DNA from: Octopus bimaculoides
Lineage: Eukaryota
Assembly (NCBI RefSeq): GCF_001194135.2
Contig: NC_068984.1
Span: forward strand, 51,006,725-51,070,724
Reading direction: 5' to 3'
DNA length: 64,000 nt
Shown one piece after another: positions 1 to 11,892 of the stretch; the stretch's first letter is position 1; the number at the start of each line of letters is the position of its first letter. The notes under the pieces were generated by a model. That model ran no database searches. It was not told where the DNA came from and saw nothing but the letters and a program-made list of their open reading frames with translations. The position numbers and the translations under genes were made by a program.

Positions 1-100
1 TTTATATAAATACTTGTGTATGAGTGTATATATATGTAGGTAATTTTATATTTGTATGGGTGTAAATATGAGGAATATTGAATAATTTGAAAGAAATCGC
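1..100 (+). repeat. 100-bp exact direct duplication (second copy 1279-1378, ending at an N-gap)
   Basis: tttatataaatacttgtgtatgagtg...gaaagaaatcgc is identical at 1-100 and 1279-1378. Confidence 0.9.
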
Positions 101-169
101 AAAGACTAACAAATCAACTGTGACTAGTTGTGGTGCCAATTATATACTGTATTCTACTGCAGTAATACA

Positions 170-610
170 ACTTCTATCAACATCATCGACAACACATCAT
201 CAAACCCATCTCCACGACTACTAGCATTGTCACAACACCTAATACTACTATGAACAGCATTATTACCAAGGTTGTCAACAATAACATTATTACTATCATA
301 AACTTGAACACCAACGACAACACCATCATCACTATAAATGCCACCAACACCAATAACATCATTATTATCGCCAACATCACCACTAATATACTACCACTGT
401 CAACAACAACTAGAACAGACCCTCAACGACCACCAACATAGCACCATCATCAACTACAATAACGTCCTTTCAGTGACGACCACCACTACTAACCACAACA
501 TCCCATCAACAACCACTGCTAGTACCACCAATCTAATCACAATTATCTCCAACACCAACATCAATCCCACCATCACCATCAACAATATCCACACCCACAT
601 AGCCATATGC
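170..610. repeat. Degenerate ACA/ACC/ACT low-complexity tract (similar tracts at 1881-2520 and, in complementary form, 55860-56520)
   Basis: Decayed trinucleotide repeats that generate the poly-T/N/V/I ORFs in the track. Confidence 0.8.
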
Positions 611-657
611 ANNNNNNNNNNTATTTATTTATATTTATATTTATATATATATATAAA

Positions 658-1164
658 CACGATGGTATCAAAACTTTCCCGGACTAGTTCTGTAGCGTGC
701 CAACAAATGGCAGCACATGGCTGTATGTGCAGTGAGAGCTAGCTCTGACCTTTCTGAGGCAGTGTGCCAAGTGACATTGCTGTGTTTACTTCGCAAGCTG
801 TGAAATTTCTGTTTTTGTGATCACGTGTGTACTGTAGTCAGCGATTTTGTCATGGACAGGAACAAAGAGCCAACGTGATATTTTGCGTTTAACTTGGGAA
901 GTCTGCTACAGAGATATTGAGAATGCTTCGGCAAGCTTACGACGACGAGGTAATGGGTCGTACGTAATATTTCGAGTAGCACGGGTGCTTCAAAAACAGA
1001 AGGACGTCCCTGAAAGACGACGAGTTATCTGGAAGACTTGCCACGAGCATCTCCCCTAGAAATGTGGTATTGTGCATCGAGAATCCGTTCCCCAGGGCCA
1101 GGCCGTCAGTCGAGAGTTCTACTGCGACGTTTTGAAGCGTTTGAGCGAGGTAATTCGGCGAAAG
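658..1164 (+). mobile_element. Mariner transposon remnant: left TIR plus internally deleted transposase pseudogene
   Basis: Starts CACGATGGTATCAAAACTTTCCCGGACT (mariner-type TIR) after (TA)n. Translation EQRANVIFCV*LGKSATEILRMLRQAYDDEVMGRT*YFE*HGCFKNRRTSLKDDELSGRLA matches the mariner HTH region (EQR..VKFC..LGKSATET...LEDDERSGRP). It is fused to VHRESVPQGQAVSREFYCDVLKRLSEVIRRK from the catalytic domain (GIVHHEFVPQGQTVN.EFY..VL.RL). Stops are present. Confidence 0.88.
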
Positions 1165-2898
1165 TATATATTTATATATATATATACACGCACGCACACA
1201 TACACGTACATGTACCCGAGAAAATCGCTGAAAGTGCATGTTGTCGTTTTGTAACATATCGATTTGCATGTGGATGGTTTTATATAAATACTTGTGTATG
1301 AGTGTATATATATGTAGGTAATTTTATATTTGTATGGGTGTAAATATGAGGAATATTGAATAATTTGAAAGAAATCGCNNNNNNNNNNNNNNNNNNNNNN
1401 NNNNNNNNNNNNNNNNNNNNNNNNNNNNNNNNNNNNNNNNNNNNNNNNNNNNNNNNNNNNNNNNNNNNNNNNNNNNNNNNNNNNNNNNNNNNNNNNNNNN
1501 NNNNNNNNNNNNNNNNNNNNNNNNNNNNNNNNNNNNNNNNNNNNNNNNNNNNNNNNNNNNNNNNNNNNNNNNNNNNNNNNNNNNNNNNNNNNNNNNNNNN
1601 NNNNNNNNNNNNNNNNNNNNNNNNNNNNNNNNNNNNNNNNNNNNNNNNNNNNNNNNNNNNNNNNNNNNNNNNNNNNNNNNNNNNNNNNNNNNNNNNNNNN
1701 NNNNNNNNNNNNNNNNNNNNNNNNNNNNNNNNNNNNNNNNNNNNNNNNNNNNNNNNNNNNNNNNNNNNNNNNNNNNNNNNNNNNNNNNNNNNNNNNNNNN
1801 NNNNNNNNNNNNNNNNNNNNNNNNNNNNNNNNNNNNNNNNNNNNNNNNNNNNNNNNNNNNNNNNNNNNNNNNNNNNNNNTATGATTGTCTCCACCACCAC
1901 CACCACCACCACCACCACAACCGCCACCGCCACTACAAGTAATATCATCACTATCACCAACATCATTATCATTTCTACCGCTAACACTAACATCACCACC
2001 AACAGTAACCTCCCTCTCATTGATTTGAAACTGTAATTATGCTTACTAATACTGACTATTAGCCCCTTTTCATCCACATCGGGTATACACCCGCCTCCTT
2101 TTTGTCAACAACGCTCCAACACCACTACCATAACTACTATAACGATGACAATTATCAACACCACCGCCGCCATACCATTATCAGCACCAGCGACAGCAAC
2201 ACCGACTCCGATCTCACCCTCACTTCCACCGTCACTGAAACCATGGCAACTACTGACGCTACCGCAACAACGCCAACAACACATCCAATACAGGCTTTGC
2301 CACAAACATTAGTGTCACCACTGCCTCCACAGCCATCAATACTGCCGCACACCACCACCACCACCACCACCACCAATGCTATAGCATTCACAACATAGCC
2401 AAACCTCAACACCACCACTACCTCTACTGCTACAACAACCAGCAGTGGCTCCACCACAGCATCGACCGACACCACCACCACTATCGCCCTAAGAAGCACC
2501 ACAAAGCTTCACTCCGCTGCAACTCCCACTTGTTTTGGTATGTCTGTAACTGGAGGAGGGAGCAGTCTTTCATTCAATCACACGGTCAATTGCTGAACTA
2601 ACTTTAGTTTTCTTTTGCGTAAAATGAAATAAGATAAAAGAACTTCGAGAACACAAGTCTATGCAGCAGTTTGTTGTTATTGTCATCGTCGTCGTCGTTC
2701 TTGTTGTTGCTGTTATTGTTGTTGTTTAGACCTAAGTCAGTTTTCTTTGAGAAGACATTTAGCAATATGCGGTATCTATATTGAACTCTAACCATTCTAA
2801 AACCGCGAGACAATAAAGGATATTCAATGTGGTTGCTCGACTTGCAAGAAATAACAGCCAAATCTCGTTTAACTTAAGTTCTGCAGCCTATAGCAAAA

Positions 2899-3015
2899 CA
2901 CTTTGGAAAATATAAGCTCTCAATGATAAAAAAAAAAAAAAACACTTTGGAAAATATAAGCTCTCAATGATAATAAAAAAAAACCACTTTGGAAAGTATA
3001 GGCTCTCAATGATAA
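2899..3015 (+). repeat. Three-copy ~43-bp tandem repeat with poly-A spacers
   Basis: cactttggaaaatataagctctcaatgataa starts at 2899, 2943 and 2985 (third copy has 2 substitutions). Confidence 0.9.
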
Positions 3016-5414
3016 ACCAACACGAAAATCTGAATGTCACTATAGGAGCAGGTGGATGTGAAGAAATCCACCCCTATCATATGTACGTGAGCTAAACAAA
3101 TGCGCAGATTTGTTTCACAAATCATACTCAGCCAACGGAACTAGTACCCCAAATAATCTCTCATTATCTTCGCAAATTGATGAAGGTGAAGTTCCTAAAA
3201 CTCTTATCATCAAACTCCACTGTACATGAGAGCAGTTTCTGCAGAATCAGTAGTTTATAAAATCTCATAAGTGCGTAAGATGTATTGTTAAAATGTTCTT
3301 TTCGTAACAAGTGGTTTTGAGTTTGATCTTGCTGTATGGTTCATAATCATAATCTCTGGACGACTGAAAGCTTTGTCGATGAAATTTGGCAGATGCAAAC
3401 TGTGTTAAATCTTGTCTATTCTTGGTTAGTAAGCTTCATACTACCCTGTGTATCCGGTTATGTTTAGGGGAGTGTGGTGTCAGAATCCCAGTTATAAGTC
3501 AAAACGCATAAAATGATCTTGTGACTAAAGTAAACTCAGAGGTAATCAAGCACTTGGATATATCATACAGGTCATGTACATGTCGTGAAGTCATATAAAC
3601 CAGTGTCACTGCTATATAATTTAAAAAATCCTCTGCCTTAAGGGAGAACAGAAGACTTGCGAAAAAAAAACAAAAAAAAGACTGTAAATAAACCGGTTGA
3701 AAGTAGCGGAAAACCACTGCCGTATCTTTCCCAAGAAATATCAAGAATCTTCAGACTTTGGCAGAGAGGTAATGGGATCGATGACTCCTTGTAGGCATGA
3801 TATATGAAGAGGAAAATAGAGAAAGACTTACTACTTTACTAGGTCTAACACCACTATCTGAACATTGTGTGGCCTTTAGTGGCATCTACTTTGTTGCAAG
3901 AGCATTCTGGCCATGATTCTAAACTGACCCTAATTTCCTCCCTTCCTCCTTTTAGTCTCGTAGGTATTGAAAAGTGTTATAGACCATATTTTTTTTTCTC
4001 CTCTGTCTAACTCATCAAAACAAGTACTGAAAGACGAAATCGTTGTAAGAAGTAGTACTTTCAAATTTAAACACACATATTCTGAATGCATAGAGCCGAA
4101 ATCTCCAGATTGAACTGATGCTTTTTGCACAAGGCTGTTCACAAATTTTGAGTGTTGCAATCAGAAACAACTCAGTAGATGAAATATAATCTCTCAAAAA
4201 CCGAGTGCATAAACACCTTTCACTCATATATTTGATACTACAGAGAAACTGTGATTACTTGTTGAGCAGCTTACTTCTACGTAAGCATCTAATGAGAATA
4301 TTGTCCATTAATGTCTTTAAAAATATCGACGTCCGAATAGAGTAAAAAGTAAAGTTAATTAATGACTGACTAAAGTGCATTTACATTGCTTTATCATATG
4401 TTTAATACATTACTGAGTAGACTGTATTGGCATGTTAGCTCTTAGCTGTTGTCTCTTCACTTACTGACCAGTTTATACAGATATTTCCTACTTGTATAAA
4501 ACTGCTTCAGTAACGATACCATATACGTAAATGACAACGTCATAGCATTAAACAACAGATTTACTATGGAAATTAGCGGAGTCTTGAAAAGCAGATTTGC
4601 TCCATTAAATGTCGATAGTGAGATTTTATAAACTTTACGCCTTATAATTCAAAGCAACAATTTTAAAAGAACAAGACTGGTCTTAATGTTACACACACAT
4701 ATGTATATATACACGTGCATACCCACACATATTTATATGCATGTATGTGTGTGTGTGCGTGTGCGTGCGCGCGCGTCTATTTACGAGCGTACACAGACAC
4801 ATATATAAAGAGAGAGAGAGAGAGAGAGAGGAAGCGAGAGTGACAGACAGACAGACAGAACGAGGGAGGGATGAGGTAGTCAAGAGAGATTGTCAAAGAC
4901 TGCGGTTCTAACATTCATAGAGACTTTGTTGTGTGTCGTTTATATGAAGAGGCGGTGAGATAAAAGACTGTTGTTTAGGTATGTGTAGTAATTGCGTAGT
5001 TTTGTCTTTGAAAGAGAGTAGGTTGTCATTGACTGACTGAAGTATGCTCTCAATGTACCTTTTCATGAATGCAGTACAGGTCTCGAATAAGATGTTTAGG
5101 CTGCACTTCCATGTGTGGATGCTTAAGGAAACTGAATGACGTTATAATCTTGTGTAGGAGCGTATAAAGTGTGACAGCAAGTTGATTGTTAATGAGCAGA
5201 AGGGAAATGGATGAAAGAATAACAGAAGAATGGAGCACGCTACATTCAAAACAAACGAAGAGAAATATTAGACAGAACGCTCACATCCCAGATACTCTCG
5301 TAAACTCTGCAGAAGTCAAACATTATAATGTTGCTTTTGCAAATTTCACGAGTGACAGCAAGCTAGTGATAAAGGACAGCAAGTCACCGGTAAACCTGAT
5401 AAGGTAACTGCATC

Positions 5415-5485
5415 GAGAGAGAGAGAGACAGAGAGACAGAGAGAGAGAGACAGAGAGACAGAGAGAGAGAGAGACAGAGAGATAG

Positions 5486-5535
<50 letters not shown>
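5415..5535. repeat. Compound (GA)n/(GACA)n/(GATA)n microsatellite
   Basis: Direct reading. Confidence 0.95.
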
Positions 5536-5538
<3 letters not shown>

Positions 5539-6922
5539 AAGGTATATGTAGAAAGAGAACGGGGAGAGAGAGAGAGTGACTCAATATTTCGGAGAGTACT
5601 AACGATTGTTTTTATTTTACAGATGTAAAGTACTTAACACAGTGAGATTGGGGCGCCTTTTTGTGTGTTGGGACACACTGTAGCACGTTTGTAAAAATAT
5701 GAGAAAAGAGTATAGAAAGATAAATATCGAAGAGGCTATCAGGTGTAGGAACTAAGTCCTGTACATATTGTCTGAAGGTGATAAAAAGGACATTGAGCTG
5801 GATATTGAGTTGGAGTCATACGAGATGGTTTGAACGTGGTAACGACTGTGTGTTTATGAGGCTGATATTAAAAGTCATATTGTATGTAAACAGTGCAAAG
5901 TGTAAAAACAAACTGGAGTTTTTTCAGCAAGTCAATCTCTTACAGAGCCATCGTCATTTAAAAAGTCATGGATAGGACAATTCCACAGAGTTGGTAAAAA
6001 CTCACTTGAAAATGGACCAGAAGGTTTTATAGCAATTTCGGAGGCAAGTTAGCCTTCGTTATGTACGATGCATGAAGACATATTTTACTTCACTAATGGT
6101 AATTATTACATGCGTTGCAGTGGTGCCTAAAGGGATCACAGATAGTAATAACGGATGATTTATTTTTCCAAGGCACTGTTGTTTTTTCTGTTACGACTCT
6201 GATAGGGTAAGAGAGTGTCCATAACTTTGGCATGCCCTCTCAACAAGTGAGATTTGGTCATTGTTAAAGAAACAAACAGTTATTTGTTTCTCTGTCTGAA
6301 GAATATATAATAGGAAATTCTTTACACGTTTATCTAAGGAGTAAAACTTTGTAATTCCTATTAGCAAATGAAACATGTGTAATGGTGAATAAATCACACG
6401 AAAACTGTTTCCAATTTCCTTCTTTGTTATATAATAACTCTGCAAACTATATTTCCAGAATTTTCAACTCTAAGATGTACCTTATGTCAATGCAACAACG
6501 AGAGCATCTACATACTGGATTGTAATACTGGAATAAGATGGAAAAAGAAGACTCACCTTGAATTTTACCCTACCAACATATGTGTGTATGTGTGTGTGTA
6601 TGTGTGTCTGTGTGTGTGTGCGCGCGCACGCGTGTGTGTCTGTGTCTGTGTGTGTGTATAAAGAGAGGGAGAAAGAAAGAGAGGGTAAGAGCACCATTCT
6701 CCGAACAACTAAAGTTATGTGTGTACGTAACAAAACAAGGAGGGGAAAGTTTGGTACATTTATAATTCATGTTACATATTTCATTACAGTATAGGAAATA
6801 CAGTATGAATATAACTATTGATATTAATAATAATAATAGTATAAATATAATAATTTCATAATAGGAAAATAATAGTTCAAGAGGACAAAGGTTGATTTTA
6901 GCCACTTTAAACTCTATGTACG

Positions 6923-6977
<55 letters not shown>

Positions 6978-7748
6978 TAAACAATAAATGCGCGTGTGTA
7001 TGTTTATGGGTCTGTGTTGATGGGTGGGTGTGTATGTGTTTATGTGTATGTATGTATGTATGTGTGGAGGAAAAGAAATAGAGACGGGATGTTATTCGTA
7101 TCTATATTCAGAAATGTAGTTTACCTCAATAATGTGTGTCTCTTTTAGTCATTCATAGTACCCCTAGTAGTTATTTCAATCTAGGAATTATTTAACCGTT
7201 CTATATATAACAGATTGGTTAAGTTGCTATTTCAACACAACCCGCGTTGTTAACCAGTACAGGATTGAGTTAAAACTAACTTAGCCAATTCTGGCGTGGC
7301 TGTTAGTTGTTCTTGTATTCTGTGTATGTAAAGAGCGGTAGTATTGCCTTAGTTCCAAATTTATGAAATTGTACATGTAGGCTCCTGACTTCTTGTAGTT
7401 GCTGATAATATTATTATTGGAAAGGAGACATTGTAGATTTTCTTGTCAACGCCATAGAGATTTCTGGTCTTATCTGATAAAACAAAAGAATTTTTTAGGT
7501 TACTGTAAAACAGGCAAACATCTTTAATGAGCTTTGAAAATTGCTCTTAACTTGATAGAATAACGGAATTTAACTTTCTTTTTAAAATTATAGAAATCTG
7601 TTTTGAAATGCTTTAAGTTTGAAATTTTTTCTTGGATTTCAAACTAAAATTGCAAGCTGATTATTTTGGGTATACCCTTGTGAATATATATATACATACA
7701 TACATACATACATACATACAGAGAGGGAAAGTGAGAGAGAGAGAGAGA

Positions 7749-7819
<71 letters not shown>

Positions 7820-8330
7820 CACACGCTCCATTTTAATACTTATATAAATTCTACGTGTTAAACATTACAAATAATGCTTTGGTTCGTAATATGAAAATGG
7901 TCTTCCATATTAACATTTTCAGCATTTATATTTTCCCCTGGGAACAGTTCTCAGCTGGAATATATATATAAAAAAATAACAGACATACATACGAATTTCA
8001 CTGCATGCATACAGACATCCACGTAGAAGCAAGAAAAATATATCATTCAAATATATGATAAGATATATAAACAAAGATAACCGCATCTTACAAAGTTATG
8101 ATAATAATAAAGCGATGAACCTGATTCAAATAATAAAGCGTTGACTATAAAATAAAATTGATACAGTGCACACACACACAATCACACACACACACACGCA
8201 CGCGCGCACGCGCGCGAATACAATCCCATGCATGTACATATATGCGCATATACATGAACATAATCACACAGGTAAAATGACATACTTGCATAAATATTAC
8301 AAACACATTTGTTTATATATATATATATCT

Positions 8331-8520
8331 AGTGATGGCTTGTTGCCAACTTAATGTGGCAGTCCCAGAAAAGGGAAGAATGCTACTGCTATTTAGCTCC
8401 AAAAAAGACCTTTTCTAGTTGGGTGGAGATAAGCACCTCCACCCAACAAAGCCAGCATCCAGAGACTAGTTTCAAAATAATTGCTCTTCATCAGTCTGGA
8501 GTATCTTCACCTTCCTAGAT
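8331..8520 (-). mobile_element. Short non-autonomous repeat carrying a hammerhead motif, probably Penelope pLTR-derived, ending at a (TA)n tract
   Basis: Contains the hammerhead at 8458-8500 and a perfect 11-bp hairpin gttgggtggag/ctccacccaac (8418-8447). It abuts (TA)n at ~8315-8330. Element boundaries are approximate. Confidence 0.55.
8458..8500 (-). ncRNA. Minimal type I hammerhead ribozyme motif (stem II degenerate)
   Basis: Minus strand reads TCCAGA-CTGATGA-AGAGCAATTATTTT-GAAAC-TA-GTC-TCTGGA. It has a perfect 6-bp stem I, an intact CUGAUGA/GAAA core, a palindromic stem III (ACTAGT) and a GUC cleavage triplet. Confidence 0.78.
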
Positions 8521-8576
8521 GTCGCTACTAAACCGCTGTTGAAAACTTATAGATTTTCAAGTGAAATAAATTCACT

Positions 8577-8712
<136 letters not shown>

Positions 8713-8837
8713 AATATACATATATATGTTTATACATACATGCACACATATATATGCAGAAGCATATATACGAATATCTGTGTGCCTGCGCGTCTATGTC
8801 CAGGTATGTAGGAGGGGGTGTCGGTGTGCATGCGAAA

Positions 8838-8875
8838 TTTTTGATGTTTCGAGCATAACTCTTCGTCGGAGAGGA
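8838..8875 (-). ncRNA. Degenerate hammerhead-like motif (probably inactive)
   Basis: Minus strand reads cctct-CCGACGA-A-GAGTTATGCTC-GAAAC-ATC-aaaaa. The core is one change from CUGACGA, with a GAG/CTC stem II and GAAAC. Related to 20263-20300. Confidence 0.5.
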
Positions 8876-9011
8876 GATAGGGAATAGTTCAAAGAAGGAA
8901 AAGAAATTGTCAACAGCAAGTATACATACACACACACACACACACATATATATATATTTAATTATATATATATATATTTATAAACCACACTAGAACAGGT
9001 ACACCGTCCAC

Positions 9012-9100
9012 GGGCATATGACGTAGTGGTTAAGACCGCGGCCTACTAACCCCAAGATTCCGAGTTCGATTCCAGGCAGTAACCTGAATAATAATAATAA

Positions 9101-9131
<31 letters not shown>

Positions 9132-9255
9132 AAGAAGAAGGAGAAGAAGAAGAATTACATCGAAAAATACCTTAGGAATGCGAACCCAGGTTCGAAATTT
9201 CCCCAAGACGCCTGATGAAGGCTGGAGGATATATCAGCCGAAACATTGTTTTTCA
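9012..9255 (+). mobile_element. tRNA-headed SINE-like element with internal (AAT)n/(AAG)n tract and a hammerhead-like 3' region
   Basis: Head GGGCATATGACGTAGTGGTTAAG (A box) ... GAGTTCGATTCC (B box) at 9012-9075. Microsatellite 9087-9150. CTGATGA-A-GGCTG-gaggatatat-CAGCC-GAAAC at 9212-9244. Confidence 0.75.
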
Positions 9256-9557
9256 ATCACTGATTTTCTATATCAGAAGAGGCTGAATTTATTTTAACAT
9301 GTGGTTGCTCAAGAATAGTTGCTACTGATAACGCTCATAGAAACAGAAATGCATATTTGTAAATACCTCAACGCTGTTGGAGTTTTTCATTTGCTCCTGA
9401 CATATTTCTGTGTTCTTAATATTATACGTTCGTAAGAGATACTTTCTCCAGATGAATACTACAATTCTCAGGCTGTCGACAACATAGCTGCTTTAAGAAC
9501 GATATGTAGATTACTATTTTGAATTACTACCGCTTCCACCGATAATAACGAATACCC

Positions 9558-9676
9558 ATGCATACATACATACATACATACATACATACATACTTACATA
9601 CATACGTACATACATACATACATACATACTTACATACATACGTACATACATACATACATACTTACATACATACGTA
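9558..9676. repeat. (CATA)n microsatellite running into a gap (similar tracts at 12478-12600, 13560-13733, 29767-29813, 40745-40920)
   Basis: Direct reading. Confidence 0.95.
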
Positions 9677-11123
9677 NNNNNNNNNNNNNNNNNNNNNNNN
9701 NNNNNNNNNNNNNNNNNNNNNNNNNNNNNNNNNNNNNNNNNNNNNNNNNNNNNNNNNNNNNNNNNNNNNNNNNNNNNNNNNNNNNNNNNNNNNNNNNNNN
9801 NNNNNNNNNNNNNNNNNNNNNNNNNNNNNNNNNNNNNNNNNNNNNNNNNNNNNNNNNNNNNNNNNNNNNNNNNNNNNNNNNNNNNNNNNNNNNNNNNNNN
9901 NNNNNNNNNNNNNNNNNNNNNNNNNNNNNNNNNNNNNNNNNNNNNNNNNNNNNNNNNNNNNNNNNNNNNNNNNNNNNNNNNNATATATATATATATATAT
10001 CAATATATTATAAATTAACTACCAACAAAAATAATTGGTAAGCTAACTCAAAAAATCATCACCAAAATAGCAGAAAAAAACGACAGTGAAGGTATGCAGA
10101 CTCTTCAAGAATCGATCCTTTTGGTTATATTAATAATAATAAAGGAGTTACGATGCAGAAACGTATAAATTCTCCTGATAAGTTCTTTAATATATACGTT
10201 ATTAGGTGGAACATGGCAAGATAGATCCATGTATATTTTTTTATATACATTTCTCTCAATTCGATAAAGTGACCTGGAAGAACAACGTATTGTTTCGTTA
10301 CATAACTTTGTCAAACTGATCTCATTTATTTAGTGTTATTAGTGATGTCCGAAAACAAAGACGAACCGGAAATCCTTGTCTTGACAGCACCGACACTCCA
10401 AGAATTTTCAGTGTGTAAGTTGCTATTATTTAAATTTCTGAATGCTAAATATTTTTTTCATCAGTGTCTTGTACCAAAAGCCATGTTTTTATATTTGTTC
10501 TATTACAAATGTCTGCTTTGTCAGTAATTTCTTTCTCTATCTGGTGAGTACATTTCTTTTCGTTGTTCGAGATGTCATTATTTATAGACACCCAAAGAGA
10601 AAACCAAAATATTGAAAGACAACCCTTCCTCATTTTATATTGAGTAAATCAAGCATCTACTTTGCTCAGAATGTTTTCCTTTGTCTAATCCATAGGAAAA
10701 AACAAATTTTCATTTTGGTAACAGTAAATTATCCAAAACTTTCTTAGGTCTCAAAAGCAACAAAGAAAAGCATCTTGACAGCTCAGCAGATAAAATTGTT
10801 TGTAACATAAGCACAAAACCAGAAATTTAGGAACAACCTGTAATATTGTTCCCTCGCACTTTATTTTATCGACACCAAAAAGTGAAAAGGCAATGTTGAC
10901 CGCAGTATTTGAACCTTAATGTGAAGAAGCGGAATACAAACAAGATGGCATTTAATCTTTCACTAAAGTTTTTAACAAACTTCATAATATTAGTGTCTAA
11001 CTGGCAAAAACCAGATATTTTGAGGGAAAGCTAAAAGGTGATTTATATGTTATAATAATCCTTTCTAATGTAGGACAAAGCCTGAAATTTTGCAAGTGGC
11101 GTAATTTGAACTTAGTATTATTT

Positions 11124-11360
11124 AGGCAGCGAGTTGGCACCTTCGTTAGCACACCGGACAAAATACTTAGCGGTATTTCACCCGTCACTACGTACTGAGT
11201 TCAAATTCCGCGAGGTCAACTTTATCTTTCATCCTTTCGGGGTCGATTAATTAAGTACCAGTTACGCACTGGGGTCGATGTAATTGACTTAATCTCTTTC
11301 CCCAAATTTCATTCCTTGTACCTACATTAGAAAAAATTATTATTATTATTATTATTATCA
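11124..11360 (+). mobile_element. SINE family B, near full length, with (ATT)n tail
   Basis: aggcagcgagttggca (A-box region) ... GAGTTCAAATTCC (B box) ... ctttcatcctttcggggtcgattaattaagtaccagt central domain, shared with >10 copies in the window. The central domain resembles the Meta/RUDI-type SINE domain (recalled, not verified). Confidence 0.85.
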
Positions 11361-11563
11361 GTAATAGTAGTGTGACGGTTGTGGTTTATAAATGATGCAC
11401 AAGGACAGTATTTTTCAAGGTACGAGGTTAGTCGGTTGCAACGACCCTAGTTGTCGCCTGGTACTTTATTTTATCAACTCTGAAAGAATGAACGTTTCCG
11501 CCAACGATCTACAGTCACATTTGTTCAGTAGGATCAGCCAATCAGCCAAGCCCTGCTTTAGGC

Positions 11564-11892
11564 CAGGGTTGACCATCCTGAGGCCCGCGGACCGCATAGG
11601 ACCCGCAGACACTTATCTTGCAGCCCGCTTGATACTTTCTTGAAGTATTATGTTTAATTTCAAAATAAAATTGTTTGTGTAAAACATTTGTTTCAAATTA
11701 AATTTAAAATTGATAAGTGGCAATAAAGCAATAGCCTACAATATTATAATTTTAAACAAACGAAAAGTATGAAAAATTCTTTATTCTGTAATTTGATTAT
11801 TTCACTATTAGTGTGCAAATTATACAAGCAGCCCTCAAAAAACTTACTGTGAATAAAGAGGCCCGCAATGTAATCCGAGTTGGCCAGGCCTG
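11564..11892. mobile_element. hAT-family MITE (329 bp) with 8-bp target-site duplication
   Basis: Imperfect TIRs CAGGGTTGACCATC and (reverse complement) CAGGCCTGGCCAAC. Flanks are CTTTAGGC (11556-11563) and CTTTAGAC (11893-11900), 7/8 identical. An 8-bp TSD and CAG.. termini are typical of hAT-Charlie MITEs. AT-rich non-coding interior. Confidence 0.82.

Noticed and set aside
183-2502. Poly-T/V/I/M ORFs of 60-265 aa
   Set aside because: Translations of ACA/ACC low-complexity tracts and N-runs; no domain content.
2899-3015. CRISPR-like repeat-spacer appearance
   Set aside because: Only three units, spacers are poly-A, eukaryotic context and no cas genes: an ordinary minisatellite.
7100-7560. 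Possible decayed L1/Tx1-type coding sequence on the minus strand (also 37780-38560 on the plus strand)
   Set aside because: Partly open frames but no diagnostic RT, endonuclease or zinc-knuckle motif that I could align with confidence.
9012-9080. tRNA gene
   Set aside because: A/B boxes are present, but the acceptor stem does not close and the sequence continues into a repeat body: a SINE head.
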